Assembly (NCBI GenBank): GCA_965218825.1
Contig: OZ244656.1
Location: 3,805,038 to 3,869,037 of the forward strand
DNA: 64,000 nt
Source of the DNA: Vicinamibacterales bacterium
GTDB taxonomy: Bacteria; Acidobacteriota; Vicinamibacteria; Vicinamibacterales; UBA8438
Direction: 5' to 3'
A model generated the notes under the pieces. The model saw only the letters and a program-made list of their open reading frames with translations, searched no databases and was not told where the DNA came from. The translations under genes were made by a program, and so were the position numbers. Below, one piece after another: positions 1-8,263 of the stretch (the stretch's first letter is position 1; every line of letters starts with the position of its first letter).

Positions 1-4
1 CGGC

Positions 5-1069
5 GTGCCGTTCGAGAAACGGGTGCATGTCGGCAGCTGGATGCCCCCAAGCTATGACCCAGAGCTGCGTTTGATCTATCAGGGCACCTCGGTGACCTCG
101 CCGGCGCCGAAGTTCCTGCTCGGGGGTGTCAACAACACGCATCTGTACCACAACTCGACGCTGGCGCTCGATGTCGACACCGGTGAGATCAAGTGGTACT
201 ACCAGCACCTGAACGACCACTGGGATCTCGACCACCCGTTTGAGCGTTTGCTTGTTGACACTGCCGTGGCCCCGAATCCCGGTGCCGTGAGCTGGATCAA
301 TCCACGGATACAACCAGGTGAGGTCCGGAAGGTCGTGACCGGCGTGCCTGGCAAGACCGGTGTGGTCTATACGCTGGACCGAGAAACTGGCGAGTTCTTG
401 TGGGCGACGCCGACCGTGCCGCAGAACGTCATCAGCGACATCGACGGCGCGACGGGTGTCGTGACCGAGAACGCCGAGGTGGTCTTCACCTCGTATGGTC
501 AGGAAGTCTTGGCGTGTCCGACGTGGGCTGGAGGGAAGGACTGGGAGGCCGGCGCCTACAGCCCGCTGACCAACACGATGTACATGCCGTTACGCAGAAC
601 CTGCGCGCGCATGTTGGCCACGGGCACCCCAGAAGGGGAGCGGGAGTTGGCACTGACAGCCGGCGGGCAACGGCCGCTTGCCATCTACTCGCTCGCCGCC
701 CGGCACCAGATCGCACCCGGCCATGACCTGCTCGGGACGATCTACGCCGTATCCGCCGAGACGGGAGAGACGACGTGGCTCTACGAACAACGGGCCGCGA
801 CAATATCGCTCGCGGCCACGGGCGGTGGACTGGTGTTTGGTGGCGATGCAAACGGTCGGTTCAGGGCGTTTGACCAGGACACGGGCGAGATTCTGTGGGA
901 GATCAACCTCGGTTCGCCGGTTGTCGGCTATCCGGTGAGCTTCGCTGTTGATGGACGACAGTATGTGGCCGTGAGCACCGGCGGTGGCGCGGGTATCAAC
1001 CTGCGCATCACCCCCGAGCTGCGTCCAAGCTCCGGAAGCAACCTCTTCGTGTTCGCACTGCCGGAGTAG
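5..1069 (+). CDS. PQQ-dependent dehydrogenase (quinoprotein beta-propeller family), C-terminal part; 5' end outside window
   Basis: The ORF is open to the window edge. Its last propeller blades (GGLVFGGDANGRFRAFDQDTGEILWE...VSFAVDGRQYVAV) parallel those of the full-length PQQ enzyme at 54964-56688 (GGLVFAGGTNDRYFRAFDAETGDVLWQ...TSYAIDGVQYVAV). An HWDLD active-site-like motif lies at nt 218-232. Confidence 0.8.
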   Translation: MPFEKRVHVGSWMPPSYDPELRLIYQGTSVTSPAPKFLLGGVNNTHLYHNSTLALDVDTGEIKWYYQHLNDHWDLDHPFERLLVDTAVAPNPGAVSWINPRIQPGEVRKVVTGVPGKTGVVYTLDRETGEFLWATPTVPQNVISDIDGATGVVTENAEVVFTSYGQEVLACPTWAGGKDWEAGAYSPLTNTMYMPLRRTCARMLATGTPEGERELALTAGGQRPLAIYSLAARHQIAPGHDLLGTIYAVSAETGETTWLYEQRAATISLAATGGGLVFGGDANGRFRAFDQDTGEILWEINLGSPVVGYPVSFAVDGRQYVAVSTGGGAGINLRITPELRPSSGSNLFVFALPE

Positions 1070-1186
1070 TCGGACCTCTCCCAGGGTTACATCCGCCCGC
1101 CCGCCGCTCACGCCAGTCGTGCGCCTGGCCATCAGGTGGGGGGCAAGGGCCAGGTATAATCAGGTATAAGAACGAAACAACCCTCC

Positions 1187-2539
1187 ATGCAGAACCCCTC
1201 AAGAGCTTTGAAACCACCGGTCAAGGTCTGTCTCTTTTTGTTGTTGTGCTCTTTGGTCTACGGCGCGGCGGACGCGCAGCCCGAAGGGTCTGGCGCCGAG
1301 GCGGTCCGGATCTTCGTAGACTGCGGTCCGTGCGACGAAACCTACTTGCGCCGGGAGATCACGTTCGTCAACTATGTTCGGGATCGGGCTGACGCGCAGG
1401 TGCACGTGCTTGTCACTCGGGAGGTAAGCGGCGGCGGCGGTCGGGTCTGGACCGTCGATTTCTTCGGGCGCGATGAGTTTGAGGGAATGGACGACCAACT
1501 CGTATTCTTCACCGCCCGAGACGACACGGACGACGGCGAGCGCCGCGCCCTCGCGCAGACGCTCCGACTAGGGCTGGTCCGGTACGTCGCCCAGACCCCC
1601 CTCGGTCGGCAGCTGGACGTTTCCCAACGGTCAAGTGGTCCGCTGGGTGGCCCCCTAGCAGGCCAGCCCACCGGTGGGACGCTTCCATCGTTCAACGCTC
1701 AACCCGAGGACGATCGGTGGAATTTCTGGGTCTTCCGGGCGCGGATGAGACCGCTCGTCTTCATTGATGCCGAAGAGCGGGAGAAACAGAAACGCTTCGG
1801 CGGCTCGTTTTCGGCGTTTCGAACTACTGAGATGTGGAGGATGCGAATCGGCGTCGGCGCGACCTACCGGTCGCAGACGTTCGAGCTATCCGACTCGACG
1901 GCGACCAACATTCAGCGGAACAACAGTTTCGACGCTCGCTTTGTGAGGAGCATGGGCGAGCACATGGGTCTCGGGTTCGGCGGCTCGGCCATCAGCTCAA
2001 CGTTCAGGAATCAGGATCTGACCTACCGGGTGGCACCGGCCGTCGAGTACAACTTCTTCCCCTACTCCGAGTCCACGCGCCGGCAGTTCACGGTGGCCTA
2101 CTCGGCCGGCTACAACTCGTTCCGATACGCGGAGACTACGGTCTTCGGCCGGCTCGAAGAAGGGCGAGCCAATCACTCCGTTCAGACGTCTTTCGTGATG
2201 AACCAGCCCTGGGGCGCCAGCGACCTCACGATGGAGTTCTCGCAGTTCCTCGACGAGCCGGACCAGAACCGATTCGTCCTGTTCGAAGAAATGGATCTTC
2301 GGCTATTTCGCGGCCTGTCTCTGAACCTCGAGGCGAACAGCTCGTTCATTGGAGACCAGATCTACCTGCCGCTCGAAGACGCGACCGATGTGGAGGTGCT
2401 GCTGGGACGGCAGCAGCTCGCGACCGACTTCGAGTGGCGTCTTTTTGTTGGGCTAAGCTACTCGTTCGGGTCGATCTACAACAACATCGTCAACTCGAGG
2501 TTCGCAGGATCGTCCGGGGGTTTCACTCGCGCGTTCTAG
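1187..2539 (+). CDS. Hypothetical exported protein, possibly an outer-membrane beta-barrel
   Basis: N-terminal signal peptide (KVCLFLLLCSLVYGAADAQ). The C-terminal half is rich in alternating aromatic/polar beta-strand-like segments and ends in an aromatic residue (..GFTRAF), as in OMPs. I recognise no family. Confidence 0.55.
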   Translation: MQNPSRALKPPVKVCLFLLLCSLVYGAADAQPEGSGAEAVRIFVDCGPCDETYLRREITFVNYVRDRADAQVHVLVTREVSGGGGRVWTVDFFGRDEFEGMDDQLVFFTARDDTDDGERRALAQTLRLGLVRYVAQTPLGRQLDVSQRSSGPLGGPLAGQPTGGTLPSFNAQPEDDRWNFWVFRARMRPLVFIDAEEREKQKRFGGSFSAFRTTEMWRMRIGVGATYRSQTFELSDSTATNIQRNNSFDARFVRSMGEHMGLGFGGSAISSTFRNQDLTYRVAPAVEYNFFPYSESTRRQFTVAYSAGYNSFRYAETTVFGRLEEGRANHSVQTSFVMNQPWGASDLTMEFSQFLDEPDQNRFVLFEEMDLRLFRGLSLNLEANSSFIGDQIYLPLEDATDVEVLLGRQQLATDFEWRLFVGLSYSFGSIYNNIVNSRFAGSSGGFTRAF

Positions 2540-2560
2540 GCGCCGGCAGGATCTGACAGC

Positions 2561-3595
2561 ATGCGCGTCCGACAGACTCTGCAACACGGATACGTCTCAT
2601 TCCAGGACGACAACACGATCTCGCGTTTCACGTTGGATCCGACCACCGCCCAGCTCGAGTGGCAAGAGGATGTCGCCGTCGAGGGCGGCCCGGCGCCGCT
2701 GGCCCTTTCTCCTGGTAAAGAGGTTCTCTATGTCGGCCGGAGAGAGAGCCAGGAGATCGCCAGCTACCGGATTGACCCCCGCACGGGTCGCATTTCTCTG
2801 ATTGGGGCGGCGCCCCTGCAGGGGGAGCCGGTGTATGTGGCGACCGACCGAACCGGCCGATTCGTGCTGTCGGCCTACTACTATCAGAGCACGGCAGCCG
2901 TCCACACGGTCGGTCCCGATGGCGTTGTCGCGATTCCACCGGTCGAGTGGCGCTACACGGGGGGTGGGGCGCACGCGATCCTGACGGATCGCTCCAATCG
3001 ATTCGCGTTCGTGCCCCATATCGCCAACCGAGGTCCGAACGCGATCTTCCAGTTTCGGTTTGACGAGAGCACCGGGTCCCTCACGCCCAGCGATCCCCCC
3101 CGGTACGACCCACCGGACTACCTTGGCCCACGGGCGCTGTGTTTCCACCCGACGCTGGACGTCGTCTATTTTTCGGACGAGCAGGGCAACAGCGTGTCGG
3201 CGTACGCAATGGACGCGTCGGCTGGAACGCTGTCACCCCTGCAGACGATTTCGACGTTGCCTGACGGCTTCACGGGTCAGAATACGTGCTCTCAGATTCA
3301 GATCGCGCCATCGGGGCGATTCCTGTATGCGCCGAATCGGGGGCACGACAGCGTAGCGAGTTTCACGATCGATCAGTCCAGTGGTCGTTTGACCGCGACA
3401 GGCCGGGTTTCCACCGAGCCCATTCCTAGGGTTTTCAGTCTGGATCCGACCGGTCGCCTTCTCGTGGTGGCTGGCCAAGGGTCCGGGCGACTCGCGACCT
3501 ACCGGGCGCACGCCGATACCGGTGTACTGACACCCCTCGAGACCTACGAGGGCGGCAACAAGCCCATGTGGGTGCTGATCACCGCGTTTTCGTAG
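2561..3595 (+). CDS. Lactonase-type 7-bladed beta-propeller protein (6-phosphogluconolactonase/YbhE-like)
   Basis: The length is about 344 aa. Repeated blade motifs are typical of the family (..FVPHIANRGPNAIFQFRFD.., ..FHPTLDVVYFSDEQGNSVSAY.., ..GRFLYAPNRGHDSVASFTID.., ..DPTGRLLVVAGQGSGRLATY..). Confidence 0.7.
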   Translation: MRVRQTLQHGYVSFQDDNTISRFTLDPTTAQLEWQEDVAVEGGPAPLALSPGKEVLYVGRRESQEIASYRIDPRTGRISLIGAAPLQGEPVYVATDRTGRFVLSAYYYQSTAAVHTVGPDGVVAIPPVEWRYTGGGAHAILTDRSNRFAFVPHIANRGPNAIFQFRFDESTGSLTPSDPPRYDPPDYLGPRALCFHPTLDVVYFSDEQGNSVSAYAMDASAGTLSPLQTISTLPDGFTGQNTCSQIQIAPSGRFLYAPNRGHDSVASFTIDQSSGRLTATGRVSTEPIPRVFSLDPTGRLLVVAGQGSGRLATYRAHADTGVLTPLETYEGGNKPMWVLITAFS

Positions 3596-3625
3596 TCTTG
3601 GCGTCCGGCCGTATGGTGCCGAGGC

Positions 3626-6427
3626 TTGGCACTGTCCTATGATAGACCCGTGGCGCCTATCCGATTCGCCGCGGTCGGTTCGATTGCACTCCTTCTGAAC
3701 ACGGTCTATCTCGTCGCATTCCCAACAGCCTCACTCGTCTACTTCACCAACGTTCTGCTGCACCCGGTTCTTGGCCTGGCAGTGGTCATTGCCATTGCGA
3801 TTGAGGCACGGCACCATGATTGGACGATCGGCCCGGTCCTGAGAGCCGGCATCGCGACCAGCGCCATCGCAGTGCTGGCGGGCCTCGCCATCGCGGTTGT
3901 TGGTGCCACGACCAACACGCGCCTCCTGGTGTATGCGCACGTTGTGACGGCGGTCGCGGGCGTGCTTCTCATCAGCGTGCACCTCTGGCGAGTTTCGCGC
4001 GAATGGCCGACGGTCAACGCGATACGTTTCTCGATCGTGACGCTGGCCATCATGCTAGCCGCGGCGCCTTGGGTGCGCTCGTGGAACGAGTCGGCCTGGC
4101 GCGACGCGTACAGCGTGGCGAACCCGACCGAGACGCCGCTGGACATGACCCAGGAGGGCGGTGGCGTCGAGAGTCCCTTCTTTCCGTCCTCGGCCAACAC
4201 GACGAGCGGCGATATCATTCCGGCGAACTTCTTTTTGACAAGCGAGATGTGCGCTCGGTGTCATCGAGACATTTACGATCAGTGGAACTCGTCCGTCCAC
4301 CACTTCTCGTCCTTCAACAACCAGTGGTATCGCAAGTCGATCGAGTACATGCAGGACGTGGTTGGGACCCAACCGTCCAAATGGTGTGCCGGATGTCACG
4401 ATCACGCCGTCTTCTTCAACGGTCGATTCGATCGACCGATGCGTGAGCAGATGGACACGCCCGAAGCTCAGGCCGGGCTCGGGTGTACGTCGTGCCACGC
4501 GGTGGTTCATGTGGGCGGCACGATGGGGCAGGGCGACTTCGTCATCGAGTACCCGCCGCTTCACGACCTTGCGACAAGCGACAACCCGATACTGGCGTGG
4601 ACGCACGATCGGCTGGCCTATCTGGCCCCTGAACCCCATCGTCGCACGTTCCTAAAGCCCTTTCACGAAGAGCGGAGTGAGGAATTCTGCTCGACATGTC
4701 ACAAGGTGCACCTCGACGAGCCCGTCAACCACTACCGGTGGATCCGGGGGTTCAACGAATACGACAACTGGCAGGCCTCGGGCGTGTCAGGCCAGGGCGC
4801 CCGTTCGTTCTATTACCCGCCGGAGCCACAGACGTGCAGGGACTGCCACATGCCCCTCGTTCCGTCGGATGATCCATCGGCGACGGACGGAGCCGTACGG
4901 TCACACCGTTTTGCCACGGCCAACACGGCCCTGCCTTTCGTCAACGGCGACGCCGACCAGCTTCAGGCCGTACAGGACTTCCTCACTGCCCGCCAGATCT
5001 CGGTCGATGTGTTTGGCGTTGCGAGGGTCGAGGAGGTGTCGCCGCTAGATGGGCAGGCCGCGGCGCGTACCGCTCCGGCATTGTCGAGTACGTTCGCCGT
5101 TGGGGAGGAATCACCAGGGTTCGGCGGAGGGGCCGCCACGACGACGTTCGCGCCTGCCGAGGTCGTCGCGCCGCTCGACGTCATTCCGGTCGCTGTGCGC
5201 CGCGGCGAGTCGGTGCGTGTCGAAGTAGTGCTTCGGACGCGCAACGTCGGACACTTCTTTCCTGGGGGAACCGTCGACGCGTTCGACGTGTGGGTCGAGT
5301 TTGAAGCGGTCGACGAGAACGGTCGCGTCCTTCTGCACAGCGGCGTGGTTGAGGACGACGGCCGCGGTCCCGTGGACCCCGCCGCGCACTTTTACGGCAG
5401 CTTCCAGCTGGACGGGCACGGCAACCAGATCAATAAACGCAACGCGTGGATGACGCGTTCGGTGGCGTATGTCCGGCTCGTCCCGCCGGGTGCAGCTGAC
5501 ACCGTGCACTATCGATTGCAAGTGCCGGAAGATGTTGGTGACCGTATCGTGCTTCGTGCCAAAGTGAACTACAGGAAGTTCGCCTGGTGGTATACACAGT
5601 GGGCCTACGCCGGCGTGCGTGACCCGGCGGAGTCGACTCCGGCTGTTGACGCCGGCTACGACGACGGCCCATGGCTTTTCACCGGCGATACCTCCACGGT
5701 CTCCGGTCCGATGAAGGAGATCCCAAACCTGCCAATTACGATCATGGCGGAGGCCGAGGCATCCCTCGTGGTCGTCGACGCGGACGCGCCGCTGCCGTCC
5801 GGCCCGTTGCCGGAGGGGGCGTCGTCGGATGTCCGTGGACGCTGGAACGACTATGGAATCGGTCTCCTGTTACAGGGTGATTTGCGAGGAGCCGCGAGCG
5901 CGTTCCAGCGGGTGATGGAGATCGATCCGGCCTATCCGGATGGGCCGGTGAATCTGGCTCGAGTACTTTTGCGAGAGGGCGACGTCCAACGAGCCCTTCC
6001 GCACCTCGAGTCGGCGCTCGAGCTCGCGCCGGGTCTGGCCCGTGCCCATGTCTTCCTTGGGATGGGCCTCAGGACGCTTGGACGGTATGACGAAGCCTTC
6101 AGCCACCTCGAAGCCGCACGCGCTCAGTACCCACGCGATCGCGTCGTGCTTGGCGAGCTGGGTCGCATCCACTTCCTCGAGCGACGGTTCGACGAGGCGA
6201 TCGCGACGTTCACCGATGTCTTGCGAATCGATCCTGAGGATCTGCAGGCCCACTACAACCTGATGCTGGCGTATCGTGGCGCAGGCGACCTCGAGCAGGC
6301 AGCCCGCGAGCAAGCGCTGTACGAGCGGTTCAAGGCCGACGAATCCGCGCAGGCGATTGCCGGACCGTTCTTGCTCCGGTCGCCCGAGGTCAACAACGAG
6401 CGACAGTCGGTTCACGAACATCGCTAG
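3626..6427 (+). CDS. Membrane-anchored multiheme c-type cytochrome fused to a C-terminal TPR domain
   Basis: There are about 5 N-terminal hydrophobic helices (residues ~14-150). Five CxxCH heme-binding motifs are present (CARCH nt 4250-4264, CAGCH, CTSCH, CSTCH, CRDCH nt 4835-4849). C-terminal TPR-like repeats occur (..AASAFQRVMEIDPAYPDG.., ..ALPHLESALELAPGLARAH.., ..AIATFTDVLRIDPEDLQAHYNL..). The start is uncertain (TTG at 3626). Confidence 0.8.
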   Translation: MALSYDRPVAPIRFAAVGSIALLLNTVYLVAFPTASLVYFTNVLLHPVLGLAVVIAIAIEARHHDWTIGPVLRAGIATSAIAVLAGLAIAVVGATTNTRLLVYAHVVTAVAGVLLISVHLWRVSREWPTVNAIRFSIVTLAIMLAAAPWVRSWNESAWRDAYSVANPTETPLDMTQEGGGVESPFFPSSANTTSGDIIPANFFLTSEMCARCHRDIYDQWNSSVHHFSSFNNQWYRKSIEYMQDVVGTQPSKWCAGCHDHAVFFNGRFDRPMREQMDTPEAQAGLGCTSCHAVVHVGGTMGQGDFVIEYPPLHDLATSDNPILAWTHDRLAYLAPEPHRRTFLKPFHEERSEEFCSTCHKVHLDEPVNHYRWIRGFNEYDNWQASGVSGQGARSFYYPPEPQTCRDCHMPLVPSDDPSATDGAVRSHRFATANTALPFVNGDADQLQAVQDFLTARQISVDVFGVARVEEVSPLDGQAAARTAPALSSTFAVGEESPGFGGGAATTTFAPAEVVAPLDVIPVAVRRGESVRVEVVLRTRNVGHFFPGGTVDAFDVWVEFEAVDENGRVLLHSGVVEDDGRGPVDPAAHFYGSFQLDGHGNQINKRNAWMTRSVAYVRLVPPGAADTVHYRLQVPEDVGDRIVLRAKVNYRKFAWWYTQWAYAGVRDPAESTPAVDAGYDDGPWLFTGDTSTVSGPMKEIPNLPITIMAEAEASLVVVDADAPLPSGPLPEGASSDVRGRWNDYGIGLLLQGDLRGAASAFQRVMEIDPAYPDGPVNLARVLLREGDVQRALPHLESALELAPGLARAHVFLGMGLRTLGRYDEAFSHLEAARAQYPRDRVVLGELGRIHFLERRFDEAIATFTDVLRIDPEDLQAHYNLMLAYRGAGDLEQAAREQALYERFKADESAQAIAGPFLLRSPEVNNERQSVHEHR

Positions 6428-6493
6428 TGGCGGCTTTTCCGCTCGCGCACGCTTACCGAAAAGCGCCAGATCCGTGCTGTACACTAGTGAAAA

Positions 6494-8263
6494 ATGACAT
6501 TTCAGTACGGACTGGCCACACCGAGCTTGGCGATCGTGTTGTTCTGGTCCGGCACGTTGGTCGGCTGCGGTGGGGCACCGTCTGAACCTACTACCGAGAT
6601 ACCGATTAAGCCCACGAAGACTCAGGACGGACACTCCTCGGGACCGACCCTGGCGTCAGACGTCGAGTTCGTCGATGTGACCGACGAGGTTGGGATTCGG
6701 TTCACGCACAACAGCGGAGCCACGGGCGACAGGCTCTTGCCCGAAACGCTTGGAGCCGGCGGGTTGGTCCTCGATGTCGATGCCGATGGATGGCAGGACG
6801 TCCTTCTGGTGAACTCGAAGGCGTGGCCAGGTGAGTCGGGCTCGCCGTCACATCCAGCGCTTTACCGCAACGCCGGTGACGGGACGTTTGTCAACATCTC
6901 CGGTGGGTCGGGGCTCGACGTCGAGCTTTACGGGATCGGCGGCGCGGTCGCAGACTACGACAACGACGGATATGTCGACATCTATCTGACGGCGCTGGGG
7001 CCAAACAGGTTGTTTCGGGGAAGAGGCGACGGGACGTTCTCGGATGTGACGGTATCCGCTGGAGTCGCGGGCCGTCGGTTTTCAACGAGCGCCGTGTGGT
7101 TCGACTACGATAACGATGGCCACCTCGACCTGTTCGTGGCGAACTACGTTGAATGGACGATCGACGGGGACTTGTTCTGCTCGCTTGACGGCGAGAACAA
7201 ATCGTACTGCACGCCAGAGGCCTACACCGGCCAAAGCCCGAACCTCTATCGCAATGCTGGTGACGGCACCTTTGAGGATGTGACAGCGGTCGCCGGCCTC
7301 GACGATCCGTCCTCGAAAGCGCTCGGCGTCGCCATGCTCGACTACGATGCTGACGGCTGGATGGATCTATTCGTGGCCAACGACACGGAGCCCGACCGCC
7401 TGTATCACAACCAGGGTGACGGGACGTTCACCGACAACGGCGTCGTGGCCGGCGTTGCTTTTAGCGAAGGCGGGGTTGCGCGTGCCGGTATGGGCGTCGA
7501 CGCGGCGGACTACGACGGGTCTGGACGCCCAAGCCTCGTGGTGGGTAACTTTTCGAACGAGATGATCGCGCTCTATCACAACGAGGGGAACGGCCTGTTC
7601 ATCGACGAAGCCCCGCGATCGGCCATTGGAAGCTCGTCGCTCCTGACCCTGGCGTTTAGCTGTTTCTTCTTCGACTACGACCTTGACGGACGTCCTGACA
7701 TCTTTGCGGCAAACGGTCACGTTGCCGACGATATCGAGCACGTGCAATCGAGCGTGACCTATGCGCAGCCGGCGCACTTGTTCCGGAACATGGGACCTGG
7801 TCGGTTCGAGGAGGTGACGGCTGTGGCGGGTACGGCGCTGGCGCGACCCACGGTAGCACGCGGTGCCGCCTATGGTGACTTCGATCTCGACGGCGACCCG
7901 GACCTTCTTGTCACGGCCAACAACGGCCCGGCCCGTGTCTTGCGCAACGACGGCGGTCACGCTAACAACGCACTGCGCGTAGTCACCGTGGGCACCGCAT
8001 CAAATCGTGATGGAATTGGCGCGCGAGTTGAAGTCATGATGAATGGCGAGTCGCGCTGGCAGATCGTCAAGACCGGATCAAGCTACGCCTCGCAAAGCGA
8101 GCTGCCGGTGACGTTCGGCGTCGGTACCGCTACCGCGGTGGAATCGCTGAGCGTCACCTGGCCGAGTGGAACGGTCGATCGGGTCGCCGGTGTCAACGCC
8201 AATCAACAGGTGACGGTGAAAGAGGGGGAGGGCGTGGTCGAGACGCGACCCTTTGAGCGCTAG
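6494..8263 (+). CDS. CRTAC1-family lipoprotein (FG-GAP/VCBS repeats + ASPIC/UnbV domain)
   Basis: Lipoprotein-type signal (..LFWSGTLVGCGG). Repeated Ca-binding FG-GAP motifs (DVDADGWQDVLLVN, DYDNDGYVDIYL, DYDNDGHLDLFVANY, DYDADGWMDLFVAND, DYDLDGRPDIFAANG, DFDLDGDPDLLV). C-terminal UnbV/ASPIC signature (SNRDGIGARVEV...GSSYASQSELPVTFGVG). Confidence 0.85.
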   Translation: MTFQYGLATPSLAIVLFWSGTLVGCGGAPSEPTTEIPIKPTKTQDGHSSGPTLASDVEFVDVTDEVGIRFTHNSGATGDRLLPETLGAGGLVLDVDADGWQDVLLVNSKAWPGESGSPSHPALYRNAGDGTFVNISGGSGLDVELYGIGGAVADYDNDGYVDIYLTALGPNRLFRGRGDGTFSDVTVSAGVAGRRFSTSAVWFDYDNDGHLDLFVANYVEWTIDGDLFCSLDGENKSYCTPEAYTGQSPNLYRNAGDGTFEDVTAVAGLDDPSSKALGVAMLDYDADGWMDLFVANDTEPDRLYHNQGDGTFTDNGVVAGVAFSEGGVARAGMGVDAADYDGSGRPSLVVGNFSNEMIALYHNEGNGLFIDEAPRSAIGSSSLLTLAFSCFFFDYDLDGRPDIFAANGHVADDIEHVQSSVTYAQPAHLFRNMGPGRFEEVTAVAGTALARPTVARGAAYGDFDLDGDPDLLVTANNGPARVLRNDGGHANNALRVVTVGTASNRDGIGARVEVMMNGESRWQIVKTGSSYASQSELPVTFGVGTATAVESLSVTWPSGTVDRVAGVNANQQVTVKEGEGVVETRPFER

